Shown here piece after piece: positions 35,536 to 46,237 of a stretch of DNA of 64,000 nt. This DNA comes from Babesia bigemina (Eukaryota): the NCBI RefSeq assembly GCF_000981445.1, contig NC_027216.1:1984001-2048000 (forward strand), written 5' to 3'. A model generated the notes under the pieces. The model saw only the letters and a list, made by a program, of their open reading frames with translations, made no database searches and was not told where the DNA came from. How positions within the stretch are numbered: position 1 is the stretch's first letter; every line of letters begins with the position of its first letter. The position numbers and the translations under genes were made by a program.

Positions 35536-38500
35536 ATGGCGGCTAAGCGTACTTCGTCGGTCACGGAACACGGTGTCAAGTTAGAGACTCTCAAGGATTG
35601 TCTCCAGTTCTTGGAATGGTTGCGAGATACTAAACGGAGTGGTGCGAGAACGCAGTTGGCTGGTCGACTGGCGAGGCTTCTAAACAATAAGTATAATAAT
35701 GTTGACCGACAGCGCATTGAAGACGCACTGTTCCAATTCCTTAATGAAGTGTCAAAATTTCATCACAAGCTATGCAAAAAAGCGGATCAGGGCACACATA
35801 AACCTCAAACCACTAAACCTGCCCTGAACGCTCTCCTAGAGTGCATTCCAAAGGTGCTTGCCGTGATGTACTACTTGCGGTATCATGTTGATAAAGGTTT
35901 CGCAGCTATGGGCGGCGGTGATTGGGCTGATGACATGATTGGGCAAGTTGAAATGTTGGCTAGGGTTATGCCGTCGGGTTCACTTATGAAACATGCCACT
36001 AATATTGAAAAATATCTCATTACAGCAAACGGCGATAAGTACGGTGTTATCCCTGGAGGATTTGAGCCAAGCGATCTGAAGCCAAATACTGGGGGTGGAT
36101 ATTCCGTCGGTTCTGCAATGGCAGCTGACCTTGGAAATCTGCTGGACAAGAATCGTTATAAGGAAAATCTATTCCTCGACGTTTATTCTACTACGGTAGT
36201 TGGTAATAAGGGAACGGACACTCCGAACATCGCCAACGCCCTCCGGTTGGTGCGCGATTTTTGCAGAATATTTGCGGAAGTGGAGGATGAGGATGATTTT
36301 AAAAGTCATTTATATACGAAAGATAAATGCATCAAGTATAATCAATTAAAATCACATTGTGCCCAACTGAAAGACCCTCTTGAAAAGATTTTTAAAGGCG
36401 AGCGGTTTTCCTTTACAGGGTACGGACGCCTATTCAAAGACCTTAATAAACAAAATATTGCTAAAAAAATGGCTAGTTGGTTTAGAACAAATTTGGATGA
36501 TGTACTGAGTAAATTGACGCTAATTAAATCCATTAGTAGCCTAAAAGGTATTAATAGTAGATCTTTTCAGAAAGGTAAAATCTCGTCTGTTGAACACGCC
36601 AAAGCTCTTGCCAACTATTTCAATGAAAACTTCTTCCGCTACGGATTCACGTTTTATGGCCACGACTTTAACAAATGGAGCAATACGTATGAGGTTTTGA
36701 AAACGGATTGGGATGGTGTAATTGGTGTGATGAAAGATAAAAGTGAAGGCCTGGAAGAGCTGGTGCAAATTTTGAATGGCGAAGTATGCAAACTACAGGA
36801 TAGAGAAGAAACACAAAAAGGAAAAGAACAAGGAACAGAAGATAAAAATGAAGATGAAAAGGATGAGGATGAGGAGTCCGAGGATGAAGAGGATGCACCG
36901 TTGGATGATAAAGACAGTCCGCCCGTCAAAACCGAAGCCACTAAAACCGAGGCCGCCAAGCCTACTGCACCTAAAGTCGATGGAACTCCAAACCAGGGCA
37001 AGAAAGCGGAGGGAGCACAGAACCAGGGCAAGAAGGCGGAGGGAGATCCACCTGCCTCATCTCCAAGTTCTAAGCCCACTCAGCCATCAAGCAGTACAGG
37101 TTCAGACTCTAGGTCATCTGGTGCCGGTGGTCCCCGTAGTGTTCAGGACCTAAGTGTCCAGCGCTCTCCTGGCGCTACTCAAACAAGTGGTCAAGAGGAT
37201 GAGACTGGTAAAGCCGCTTCTACCAGGACTCCTATCGGGCCGAGTTCCGATACAGGTGCCGGTGTAAAACCGAATGCGGGTGAATCTACTGATCATAATT
37301 CAGGGAAGAAGTCTACTACTCCACAATGCGAAGCAGGCCAAACACTTACGGACAGCTGGAAAGGTGGCAATAAGATATGTATCTCCGAGGAGCGTCTGAA
37401 AAAAGCAAAATATTGGGAATCAGCATGGACAAAAGCAAACGAAGCAAAAAATGAAGAAGAAGCAGAGGAAAGAAAAGAGAAAGCTGCGTATGAGCAATAT
37501 AAACTTCAAATGAATCAAATGACAAATTACCCGCTGTCGCTAGATGGTTATGACTTAAAATCTCCTTTGGACGGTGCAGCTTTGCCGGATGACTCTACAA
37601 CCCAAAACAGGCAAAAACTTGACGCAAATTTTAAAATAGCCTATGAAAAGATATTACAGAATCAAACACGAGCAGATGATAATATGAACAACAAAATATT
37701 TCAATCAGAACAGCGTGGCGAAGCTGACGAGCAAGCCTGGATTAAACGTGAACATAACCAAGACATTTCATTCCACGGTTTTAAAGTTAAACCTTCACGA
37801 CATGGGTCGCCGATTCCGACTCCGTCCGGATTAACTGGCCAGGTCGTGTCAGATGCAAGTAAAAACGAACGCAGCAATCATGATGACGCAGTAAATCAAT
37901 ATGGGCAACAATGGAAACAATCGGAAGAGCGCATACTGTCTGCAGATGGCTCTCATATTAGCCCACCATTGGAGGGCAAGGCTTTGCCGGATATCTCTGA
38001 CCTTTTATTACACAAGCAGAACGAGGCTGAAGATAAATGGGCAGAATTGAATTCTGGACCGTTTGTACAGAATGCTAAATATGATGAGGTTTTTGGTAAT
38101 AAATTCCCAAAGAAGAAACGTACACTTCATTCGCAACTTACACCATTTCTTACGGGCAATTACGTGCCAGATGAACTCCGTGCATATCGGCTCAATGAGA
38201 ATATTGAAAAAGCTAAAGATGCTTTAAAACGTATATATGCGAGAAATGAATATCAGCGACGTAAGTCGGAATTCATTGGATCACCAACAGCTGACTCCCA
38301 AGGCATACAGAAGTCCAGGCCTTTACAATTTCTTGCATATAATGATATTCCGATGGGCTACCCGATTAAGCCGCCAAAGTTGCCAAATACATCTTCGCTG
38401 GTGCCCGATGTTGTAGGTTTGACTGTAGACGCTGTTCCCAATGACAAATTTGTGAGGCAACCTCCACTTACAGGTGAGCCGACCGTCTCCCCGCCTAAGT

Positions 38501-40308
38501 CAACAGAACATGACCCCCCTATTCCCACGCAACTTGACCCTGGGTTTAACAACATATCAATTGGTGGAAGTGAAGCCATTGCACAAAGTGTGACTACCGA
38601 CTACATACAATCGGCGTTAGTTGACTCGGACCTATCGGTATTCGAACCAATAAAAACCACCAATCTGACTGCGCAACATGACCACGTTGTGACAAAATTG
38701 CCAATCACCGTAACATTAGACGACAATATTACTGCGACTATGGCAAGTGTAGCTGGTCAACCGGCTGCTAGTTTAGATGGCAAAAAAGCGACGCACTACG
38801 ATTATAACAAGAGGCAAATGGATGCGGAAATCCACTATGAGAATCAGAAACTTCAGCACCAGCATGGTCAGCGGCAACGTGAGCTCCAAGCGCTGAATGA
38901 GGAATCAATCAAGACCATTGGCGAACAAGAAATGTTAAGAACTGCCGCGAAAATTGAAGCTGATCGCATACATACCTTTAAAGCTTCGAAATTCGACATC
39001 TCTCATCGAGTCCCCCCTATTTCCCTAGAAATCACAGAACCTCCGACGGATGATTCGGACGATTTTAAAGACGAAACATTTGACCAATTAGATCCAGTAC
39101 ACGATTCGCAAGTGTACATGGATCCATATTATAATGTTACCGACGATCAATTCGAAATAACGACGGTGGAGCGTTCCAATGACCAATCATACAATGTGGA
39201 CTTTACGCCTGCGGATGTGTCTTTTGATTTCGCACATAATGATGTATTAGCAACACCAACCTTTACACCACTCCCACCTGATACATCCCTTCAAATCACA
39301 AAACCGCCGAAAGATGACAAGGCTTACATCGTGAACCAAGACACATATGAAGCTGCGTCACAACCTTTATTCATTGATATCTACAAGCACACACTTGACG
39401 ACCCCTCATATGAGTTAAACATAGATGATCCTCCACTTCCCCCAAAACTCCAACCAGTTGATCCTATAGTCCCATCCACCCCCGCCATAAACCTCAACAT
39501 AGAACCGTTTGACGTTGCGCCTATTTCAATTCCCGAAGACTTCGATCCGCAAATAATTAACCGCCCGGAGCTAAAAATGTGCCTCGCTCCCTGGGCAACT
39601 CAGACATCCACACCCGGCTCCACCGACATCCCCGAGACGGAGCTGTTCCCATCGCAGGCACCGCGCACCGTCCGTGATATGCTTCAGTGGCTGGCAGGGC
39701 TTAAAAACGAAAAGCATCATAAGACTCTAAAACAGTGTATTAAAAAGGCATTTACTGGCTCGCATAAGGACACTTCACAGCTTGCACTCTCCATCAACCA
39801 CAACAACATCCTACCTGATCATGTCCTCGACATACTCCAGCTTACCGCCATGTTTGCAGGTTCAGTGCTCACCTCCATCGCACCTAACTGGAGAGCTAGT
39901 GTTGCATCAAGAACTGTGAAGCCAATGTCCAACCAATCCGATGAACCTGATTGCTGCGCCCTCCTCTGCCAGCTGCGAGACTACGCCTACGCCTGCCACC
40001 ACCAGTTGACGTTCCTGAAGGCGCAGTGTAAGAGGGATAAGTTAAGCGGTGGGTGGATGGGTTGTCAGTACGGCAGTGATGTCAAGACATCATCCCCCCT
40101 CCAGGCGTTTTTAACTGACCGCTGGGACTCCACCTTCAAGACGCACCTCTTCGACCCGTGCAACCCGTGCCTCAAAATCAGGGTCAAGATGGGATTCAGG
40201 ATGGAGGATTTGCCTAATGATTCACCAACTGGCAACACCCTTTCCACCATCCTCACTCCCAGCTGCGGAGGAGAGGACCATGATGCGCTACTCCGTACGA
40301 AATGGTAA
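35536..40308 (+). CDS. Large VESA-related protein, 1590 aa, C-terminally truncated (no TM), with NQGKKAEG repeats
   Basis: N-terminal HGVKLETLKDCLQFLEWL / LLECIPK..A.MYYL; acidic and low-complexity middle; VESA-type C-terminal block PRTVRDML.WL...LLCQLRDY..ACHHQL.FL..QC...SPLQAFLTD...TPSCGGE. Confidence 0.85.
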   Translation: MAAKRTSSVTEHGVKLETLKDCLQFLEWLRDTKRSGARTQLAGRLARLLNNKYNNVDRQRIEDALFQFLNEVSKFHHKLCKKADQGTHKPQTTKPALNALLECIPKVLAVMYYLRYHVDKGFAAMGGGDWADDMIGQVEMLARVMPSGSLMKHATNIEKYLITANGDKYGVIPGGFEPSDLKPNTGGGYSVGSAMAADLGNLLDKNRYKENLFLDVYSTTVVGNKGTDTPNIANALRLVRDFCRIFAEVEDEDDFKSHLYTKDKCIKYNQLKSHCAQLKDPLEKIFKGERFSFTGYGRLFKDLNKQNIAKKMASWFRTNLDDVLSKLTLIKSISSLKGINSRSFQKGKISSVEHAKALANYFNENFFRYGFTFYGHDFNKWSNTYEVLKTDWDGVIGVMKDKSEGLEELVQILNGEVCKLQDREETQKGKEQGTEDKNEDEKDEDEESEDEEDAPLDDKDSPPVKTEATKTEAAKPTAPKVDGTPNQGKKAEGAQNQGKKAEGDPPASSPSSKPTQPSSSTGSDSRSSGAGGPRSVQDLSVQRSPGATQTSGQEDETGKAASTRTPIGPSSDTGAGVKPNAGESTDHNSGKKSTTPQCEAGQTLTDSWKGGNKICISEERLKKAKYWESAWTKANEAKNEEEAEERKEKAAYEQYKLQMNQMTNYPLSLDGYDLKSPLDGAALPDDSTTQNRQKLDANFKIAYEKILQNQTRADDNMNNKIFQSEQRGEADEQAWIKREHNQDISFHGFKVKPSRHGSPIPTPSGLTGQVVSDASKNERSNHDDAVNQYGQQWKQSEERILSADGSHISPPLEGKALPDISDLLLHKQNEAEDKWAELNSGPFVQNAKYDEVFGNKFPKKKRTLHSQLTPFLTGNYVPDELRAYRLNENIEKAKDALKRIYARNEYQRRKSEFIGSPTADSQGIQKSRPLQFLAYNDIPMGYPIKPPKLPNTSSLVPDVVGLTVDAVPNDKFVRQPPLTGEPTVSPPKSTEHDPPIPTQLDPGFNNISIGGSEAIAQSVTTDYIQSALVDSDLSVFEPIKTTNLTAQHDHVVTKLPITVTLDDNITATMASVAGQPAASLDGKKATHYDYNKRQMDAEIHYENQKLQHQHGQRQRELQALNEESIKTIGEQEMLRTAAKIEADRIHTFKASKFDISHRVPPISLEITEPPTDDSDDFKDETFDQLDPVHDSQVYMDPYYNVTDDQFEITTVERSNDQSYNVDFTPADVSFDFAHNDVLATPTFTPLPPDTSLQITKPPKDDKAYIVNQDTYEAASQPLFIDIYKHTLDDPSYELNIDDPPLPPKLQPVDPIVPSTPAINLNIEPFDVAPISIPEDFDPQIINRPELKMCLAPWATQTSTPGSTDIPETELFPSQAPRTVRDMLQWLAGLKNEKHHKTLKQCIKKAFTGSHKDTSQLALSINHNNILPDHVLDILQLTAMFAGSVLTSIAPNWRASVASRTVKPMSNQSDEPDCCALLCQLRDYAYACHHQLTFLKAQCKRDKLSGGWMGCQYGSDVKTSSPLQAFLTDRWDSTFKTHLFDPCNPCLKIRVKMGFRMEDLPNDSPTGNTLSTILTPSCGGEDHDALLRTKW

Positions 40309-40574
40309 TCATCGCCTTACTCGATAGTGCTCTACCTTGTGATGCATTGTGCCGCAGTAGCTATTACGTGTATTAGCACATAGCTTACAGTACCATGGCT
40401 GTAGTCGACTGTATATAGCTGCGACAACTACTCTGTTTGACAGCCGTCTATAAAACGTGCTGCAAGTGAGTACATGTAATACGACCGTGTTAGTGATTGG
40501 ACCAAAGCATAAAAATTGAAATCGAAGGTTACATGGTTAGAGGGAGGCTATGTGGATTGTGTGACGCCAAACGT

Positions 40575-40745
40575 TCATTGCAGTTTAGGCTTGGAATCAC
40601 GGAACCCGTCACGTATTTCGGCGAAAATTGTACCAAGACTTTTGTTATAAACTTGCCCCATGATGTAAAGGACCAAGACAAGGAGGGCAGGAAATAAAAT
40701 AAAGCCGCCAATAGCGTAGCCAACAGGACCTTCCCATTTACCCAT
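40575..40745 (-). CDS. 56-aa single-TM microprotein with no cysteine (below the ORF-track cut-off)
   Basis: MGKWEGPVGYAIGGFILFPALLVLVLYIMGQVYNKSLGTIFAEIRDGFRDSKPKLQ*; paralog of 14076-14246. Confidence 0.7.
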   Translation of the reverse strand: MGKWEGPVGYAIGGFILFPALLVLVLYIMGQVYNKSLGTIFAEIRDGFRDSKPKLQ

Positions 40746-41654
40746 CTTTCCTACAGCTCACTTCACAAAGACCCCTGCAGAGTTATTAATCACTTACCTT
40801 AGGTTTGATATAGCCTCAACCAACCGACAAGATGTAGTGCCTATACCAGCACACCTGGCATCCCAACTATCTTGTGCTGGGGTAAGAATTATTCCCGACT
40901 TGCAACTTTGGCATAGTGTGAACCCACACAACGTCCGAGTGCATATATGAGACATATGGGCATCCTAATCTAGATAGCAAGGGTTGAAGCTGTCCAATAT
41001 ACAAAATAGTTTTTTCAATCACTGACCAGTGCTTGCATGCCACGCCTTAACTGTTCCACCGCATGGCTTGGCGAGCTGCCATTGACTATTATGATGTTAG
41101 CTATTACCGGTAATCATTTCCTCTAATGGCGCCTCTCTGTGGCGTAACCTAGCAATAAAGGCGGAGATTCCTAGAATAATTCGTTACCCTACCGTCCACA
41201 TAAACAGTAACATGTCATCCAGTCAGATGATCCACAGGTCACTACATCACTTAAAATTACACTCGTCACCTTCAGCATGATGAGTCATCAGCACGGGTCA
41301 TAAAGTAACTATTTCAATTGTACGACAGATGTAAATTAGATCATTAGGCATAAACAGCCCCCATGTGTTGTGAAGCCGATTTAATACCGATTTGAAGCAT
41401 CACATAATTCGTTGTGCGGCAATGGCAAACACCAACGTGAGATGTCTGAAATCATTTTTGGTCTACGCTCAAGTGGCTGTCAACAACGACTTTTACTAGA
41501 TTGCAGTTGCGATCATTTATCTCTGTCCGGTGTCTATCACAAACCGTTGCTTTTACTCCGTGAATGTAAACTAAGTCAATCATTAAACTCGTGTGATAAT
41601 ACGAGTCGATTACGATAAAAGGTGAACGCCAGGACACGCACCGGCACGTGTAAG

Positions 41655-41945
41655 TTAATTGAGATTCTTGCTCCCGAGGCCAGAGTATGACGAAGTGTAC
41701 CCGGTCCACTCGTAGACTGCTTTGGGAATAAGGTAAGCCGATGACTTTGTCTTATAGAGGTATATCGCAAAGCCGAGCAACACTGCGAAGACTATAAATG
41801 CGATAACCCAGCAGAGTATTGACGTAATTGCTCCATTCTTGTGCTTGGTACAACATGGACATGTACACGACCATTTTGCGCACTGTTTACAGTTCTTCGT
41901 GCTACATTGAGCACAGTTTGTGCATTCTTTGCATGTTTCTGACAT
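41655..41945 (-). CDS. Short Cys-rich single-TM protein
   Basis: MSETCKECTNCAQC...CKQCAKWSCTCPCC, TM, tail with SSYSGL. Confidence 0.8.
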   Translation of the reverse strand: MSETCKECTNCAQCSTKNCKQCAKWSCTCPCCTKHKNGAITSILCWVIAFIVFAVLLGFAIYLYKTKSSAYLIPKAVYEWTGYTSSYSGLGSKNLN

Positions 41946-44117
41946 CTTGCACTCACTTTGCAACCTTTTTTAGCGATTAACAACGTACTCAAAATGTTGC
42001 AGCAGTTGGGGTATGCACCGTTAATCCCTCTAGGGATTCGCGGTTTTTAACGATTACTATATCATAAAAAAGGAACTGTACATATCCCGATGCGTATTGA
42101 TCTTTTTAGCATCAGCACCTTAACTCCGCTATGCCAGGATACCACGCCACTGCATGTGATGACGAGCATAAGAGGGACTAAGTCACATGCGTATCATATG
42201 AACGTGGATATAACCTATGGTGATATTTCTGGTTCATTTACTTATATCAACTACGCAAAGTTTAGGGGTGTCTAAAACTCCCATATAAATCCGCGCATGC
42301 TGTTACGACTTGCCAATGCAGCATCCAAGGCTGAATCACGGGATTGTCGAATCATTCCACTATGAACAGCACTCGTGCATAACCTACGGATACGCTGTAG
42401 AGCTTGTATTAATAGTTCCGCTCCGTGTACCAGGTGTCTGCCAGAACGAACTACTCCCCATCACCAAAACATTCACTATCCACACTCACAATACTCTTTG
42501 ACTACCATATAACAGCATCAATGTAAGCGTACACTTGGGGTTTTATGCAGTTCCAGCGGATCTGACAAGATTGTTATTACATGGTCTGATTGCCCAACCT
42601 GCTATGTACCAGGGGGCAACGCAGCTCCAATTACACCTTATACGGAGAGTTGCTCGTAAAATGCAATCTAATCACATTGGCACTCAGTATATCTTTTCAT
42701 AACATGGGTTCTCGCGTATTACCTAATGCAGGCGTTTCTCTACACCACGTGACTCGTTTTATACCTGCCATTCAAGCTGATAGCTGATCGAAGTGTCTCA
42801 ATAAAATAATTGTAAAGTTCCTTCTAGCGCTCTATGAAAATATCTCACAACCATAATGGCAACGCGTGATGCTATAAACATCATAAATGCTACTATACTA
42901 AGTACCATTGTCGCTGTTGGGGCTCTGGCGTATCATCTTAATATGGGTCAACCATCAGGCATTTGATGGCAACGTTGTTAGCAGCAGCAACGTAAATGCT
43001 ATATGCCGATTAGATTATCGCATAAGGATGCTATTACCATATTAAGAGCCCCTAACCACCAGGACTGAACAGCCACAATCGTTGGTGCCTCTTCAGCGAT
43101 GGGAATTTAAACAACATGAGGGACTGTATGACAGAAGTTAAGATGCTTTTCTAGCATAGGCATCGTATTAATTGAGTAATCGCATTAGTTCTCTCCATCT
43201 GATCAGTTTCGCTGAGTATTGCATCAAGCAGTGATTCCTTGTAGGAAAATACGTATTGGGAACTCATAATGACACCAGATTACTGAAGGCAACATAATAA
43301 CACATTCAGCATATGCCGGAGTAGTAAGAGTACGGTTTTGATAACGCTTAGCAACAATGTTCCAGCTGCATGATGTCGGCGGTAACATTAATTGTTGATT
43401 TTTTCATTCGGTAATGTAACTGTTTCATAGCTATTGCACTCTCTTAATTAATATATGCAACACTTCTAGCGCTCAATCTGACCACATTGAGCTTGCACCC
43501 ATGTTAGTTCATGGGATGGACTCCGTCACCGAACTTCATTAGCACTGGTTTCCCATCGTCTTAAGCATTTTTCATGAGCTCTTGCACTATCGTCCATATA
43601 CTCTTTGCGAGGCATAGCAAACACAATATTAATACAGCCGATGAATGAACACTTCAAAACAATGAATGGCAAATAACTGTGTGGATCTTTGGTGCCAAGT
43701 CGTATCATGTAAGTCTAAAAAAGTTGTCATGATCACACATCGCATTCCGAAGTGTTTAGATGTACATGGCTTCATTTGCCCTTAACCAAACAGGCGTTCT
43801 GCGTACCAGTAACGGGAGTTACACCGAATCACCCCAATGCCTCAGCGACTGGTAATTAACGTGAGAAGGTTGAGAGAACTGTGATATATAGATTGAAGGC
43901 ATACACAACACGCCTGTATGGTATAATGCATTGCGTGTGTATGCAGATGAAACAACCATACGCCAAAATGCGCTATGTAGCAGAGTATGCAGAAAATATG
44001 GACTGTGTTTTACCCTCCTACGAGAGCATCATTGTGAATTAAGAGTGTACACAATATTGACCATGATTACACTTGATACGTTAGAAAATGGGTTTTGAGT
44101 AGTGGTAAGATTGCCAC

Positions 44118-45254
44118 TCAGTGTTCAGCGGATTCCTGCTGCTTCTTCTCTTTCTTTTGGCGAGCTTTTCTGGAAACCTTCTTGGCAGCTTTTTTCGCAG
44201 CCTTTACAGACCTTGCCACTTTAGCAGCCTTGGCAACCTTCACAGGTTGTTCAACGTCATCTACTTCGGGTTGCACAGGCTCGACGGATGGTTCGGCCTC
44301 GGGGATGACAGACTGTTCGCCCTCACCTTCAAAGGATGGTTCAGCCTCGGGAATAACAGACTGCTCGCCCTCGCCGTAAACGGATGGTTCGGCTTCAGGG
44401 ATAACAGGCTGTTTGCCTTCACCTTCAACGGATGGATCAGCTTTAGGGTCTTTGGGTTGTTCAACTTTTAGATCTCCAATTTTATCAAATCCATAGAAGG
44501 CCCAAAATCCAGCGAGGTCGTATATTGAACTCAACATATCGTATTTCACACTATTTAACGCCGTAGATATATCCGCTCCACTCATGCTAGCGCGATATTC
44601 CTGCGTTTTGTACCCAACAGCTTTCAGCACATCCTTGAGATGCATTTCCGCATAACTAACTAACCATTGACGGTTCACAACGTCCGCACTGGCCTCTTTC
44701 AGGGACCGTAGACCTGCGTATAGCATCGGTGCGATTCCCACGAGAACCACTGCGCAAGCTTCTGGCTTCCTCGAGCACGATGAATCCCACGTAGCTCTTG
44801 AACTGTAAGCAGAGCTGTACTGTCCAGGAATTTTCACATCATCCAAGAACTTCTCACAACCATCCACAGCTTTTGCCAACTCCACTGCGATGTCTTCAGG
44901 TTTCACACCTGTAGCTTCTATGACGTTCTCACAATCGCTTTGGGCGAGACTTCCAAAGTGTCTATGGAATAAGCTGAATTTCGTACTCATTTCGCTTTCG
45001 AATCTTCTCAGCATTATTTTTACGAATGAGTGTTCCTTAAGCGCCTTTTGTCCCATGAATTTGTGAGAAATGGACTTTACTTTCTCTAGAGCTCGCACCT
45101 TAATCCTGCCAACGGGCTTGTCTGCAAGAAAATCGTATACCGCGGAAGCCATAGCGTTAAAGTTGTTTTCGGCTTCTGTTCCCTTAAGGGCTAACAGCCA
45201 ATCAATGGCCTCCTTGAGGTTGCGAGGAGCATCAGTCAACGAGTTGTACACCAT
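44118..45254 (-). CDS. Short VESA-related (ves2-like) protein with a repeat and basic C-terminal extension, 378 aa
   Basis: MVYNSLTDAPRNLKEAIDWL...GFWAFY core followed by three 16-aa repeats and a Lys/Ala-rich tail. Confidence 0.85.
   Translation of the reverse strand: MVYNSLTDAPRNLKEAIDWLLALKGTEAENNFNAMASAVYDFLADKPVGRIKVRALEKVKSISHKFMGQKALKEHSFVKIMLRRFESEMSTKFSLFHRHFGSLAQSDCENVIEATGVKPEDIAVELAKAVDGCEKFLDDVKIPGQYSSAYSSRATWDSSCSRKPEACAVVLVGIAPMLYAGLRSLKEASADVVNRQWLVSYAEMHLKDVLKAVGYKTQEYRASMSGADISTALNSVKYDMLSSIYDLAGFWAFYGFDKIGDLKVEQPKDPKADPSVEGEGKQPVIPEAEPSVYGEGEQSVIPEAEPSFEGEGEQSVIPEAEPSVEPVQPEVDDVEQPVKVAKAAKVARSVKAAKKAAKKVSRKARQKKEKKQQESAEH
44281..44436 (-). repeat. 48-nt coding tandem repeat, about 3 copies (PSxxGEGxQxVIPEAE)
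   Basis: Visible directly in the translation and the DNA. Confidence 0.85.
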
Positions 45255-46237
45255 TTTGAAAAGAGTAGTTAACGTATACCGTCGCAATACCTGCGTTAAT
45301 TTTGTGTCTATTTACGATACGCTGTGCCAACGGCCGTATTAACAGTCGATCAGTGCTAGACACGCGCCATTGCCTTTTAAAACGAGCGCACCTTGGCGAA
45401 ACATAGAAACATGTCTAAACATATCGTAGTTAAGCAATAAAGGCGCAACGATGTCCAACCTACTGCGTCGCAGTCAGATCTACAGAGTTGGCGTGGCATG
45501 CAGTTTGCATCACGCATGTCTTCGTCTATATATATTTTGGATAAAAATGTAACATCTTTAAGCTGCCCCCTTTGGTACGATTTTAAACGAAGCAAAGAAA
45601 TTCAGAGTGTTACAATGTGACACGAATAGTAGCTTGCATCATAAGCCTTCACATGTCCGTTACATCCGACTGTCCCACCATCTCTCAGCATCACATCCGG
45701 ATAAATGCATAAATATACTGTCTGGTTACTCACTATAGCACTAACATACCATCTAGTAGGCAAACAGTCGTATCACAACCTCATTTAGCATTAAATGCTG
45801 AAATAAGTCAATATTTCCAGTACATCACCTTCCACATTGCCGGTTGGGTGGTATGGGTGGCAATGGGTCAGAAACAGCGTAGCACGTGACATTTAATATA
45901 TGTCACCTATTCTAGAAACTTATATGATCACTAGAATGTGAGAAAAAATAACGGTTGTGGGCCTCCAATAGCGAGTTACCGGTGATCGGGAGGGCAGATC
46001 TACGGAGGGAAGGATATGAGACGCTACATCCCATTATATGCAACTTACACACAGCCCAACAGAAGATTTAAACATTTCATGTGCTTCACGAGCGTTTTGT
46101 CTCCACGTTCCGCAGGCTTATCACTCCACGTTGCCTGGGTTGTCTGCCAATCATGTTTGGGCGCATAGACGGGAACGTGTAGTATGCAACTGGTACACGT
46201 AGTGTATCACAACATTATGCACCTGGCACAGGTGGAC

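Noticed and set aside
35536..40308. Calling the long ORF a true ribosome-binding protein 1 ortholog
   Set aside because: Only ~20 aa resemble RRBP1; both ends of the protein are VESA-related.
10758..41945. Calling the Cys-rich ORFs metallothioneins or keratin-associated proteins
   Set aside because: The similarity is only compositional; they have a TM, aromatic residues and conserved tails.
42000..44100. Short ORFs or RNA genes in the long intergenic stretch
   Set aside because: No codon bias, family motif, tRNA cloverleaf or rRNA similarity recognisable by eye.
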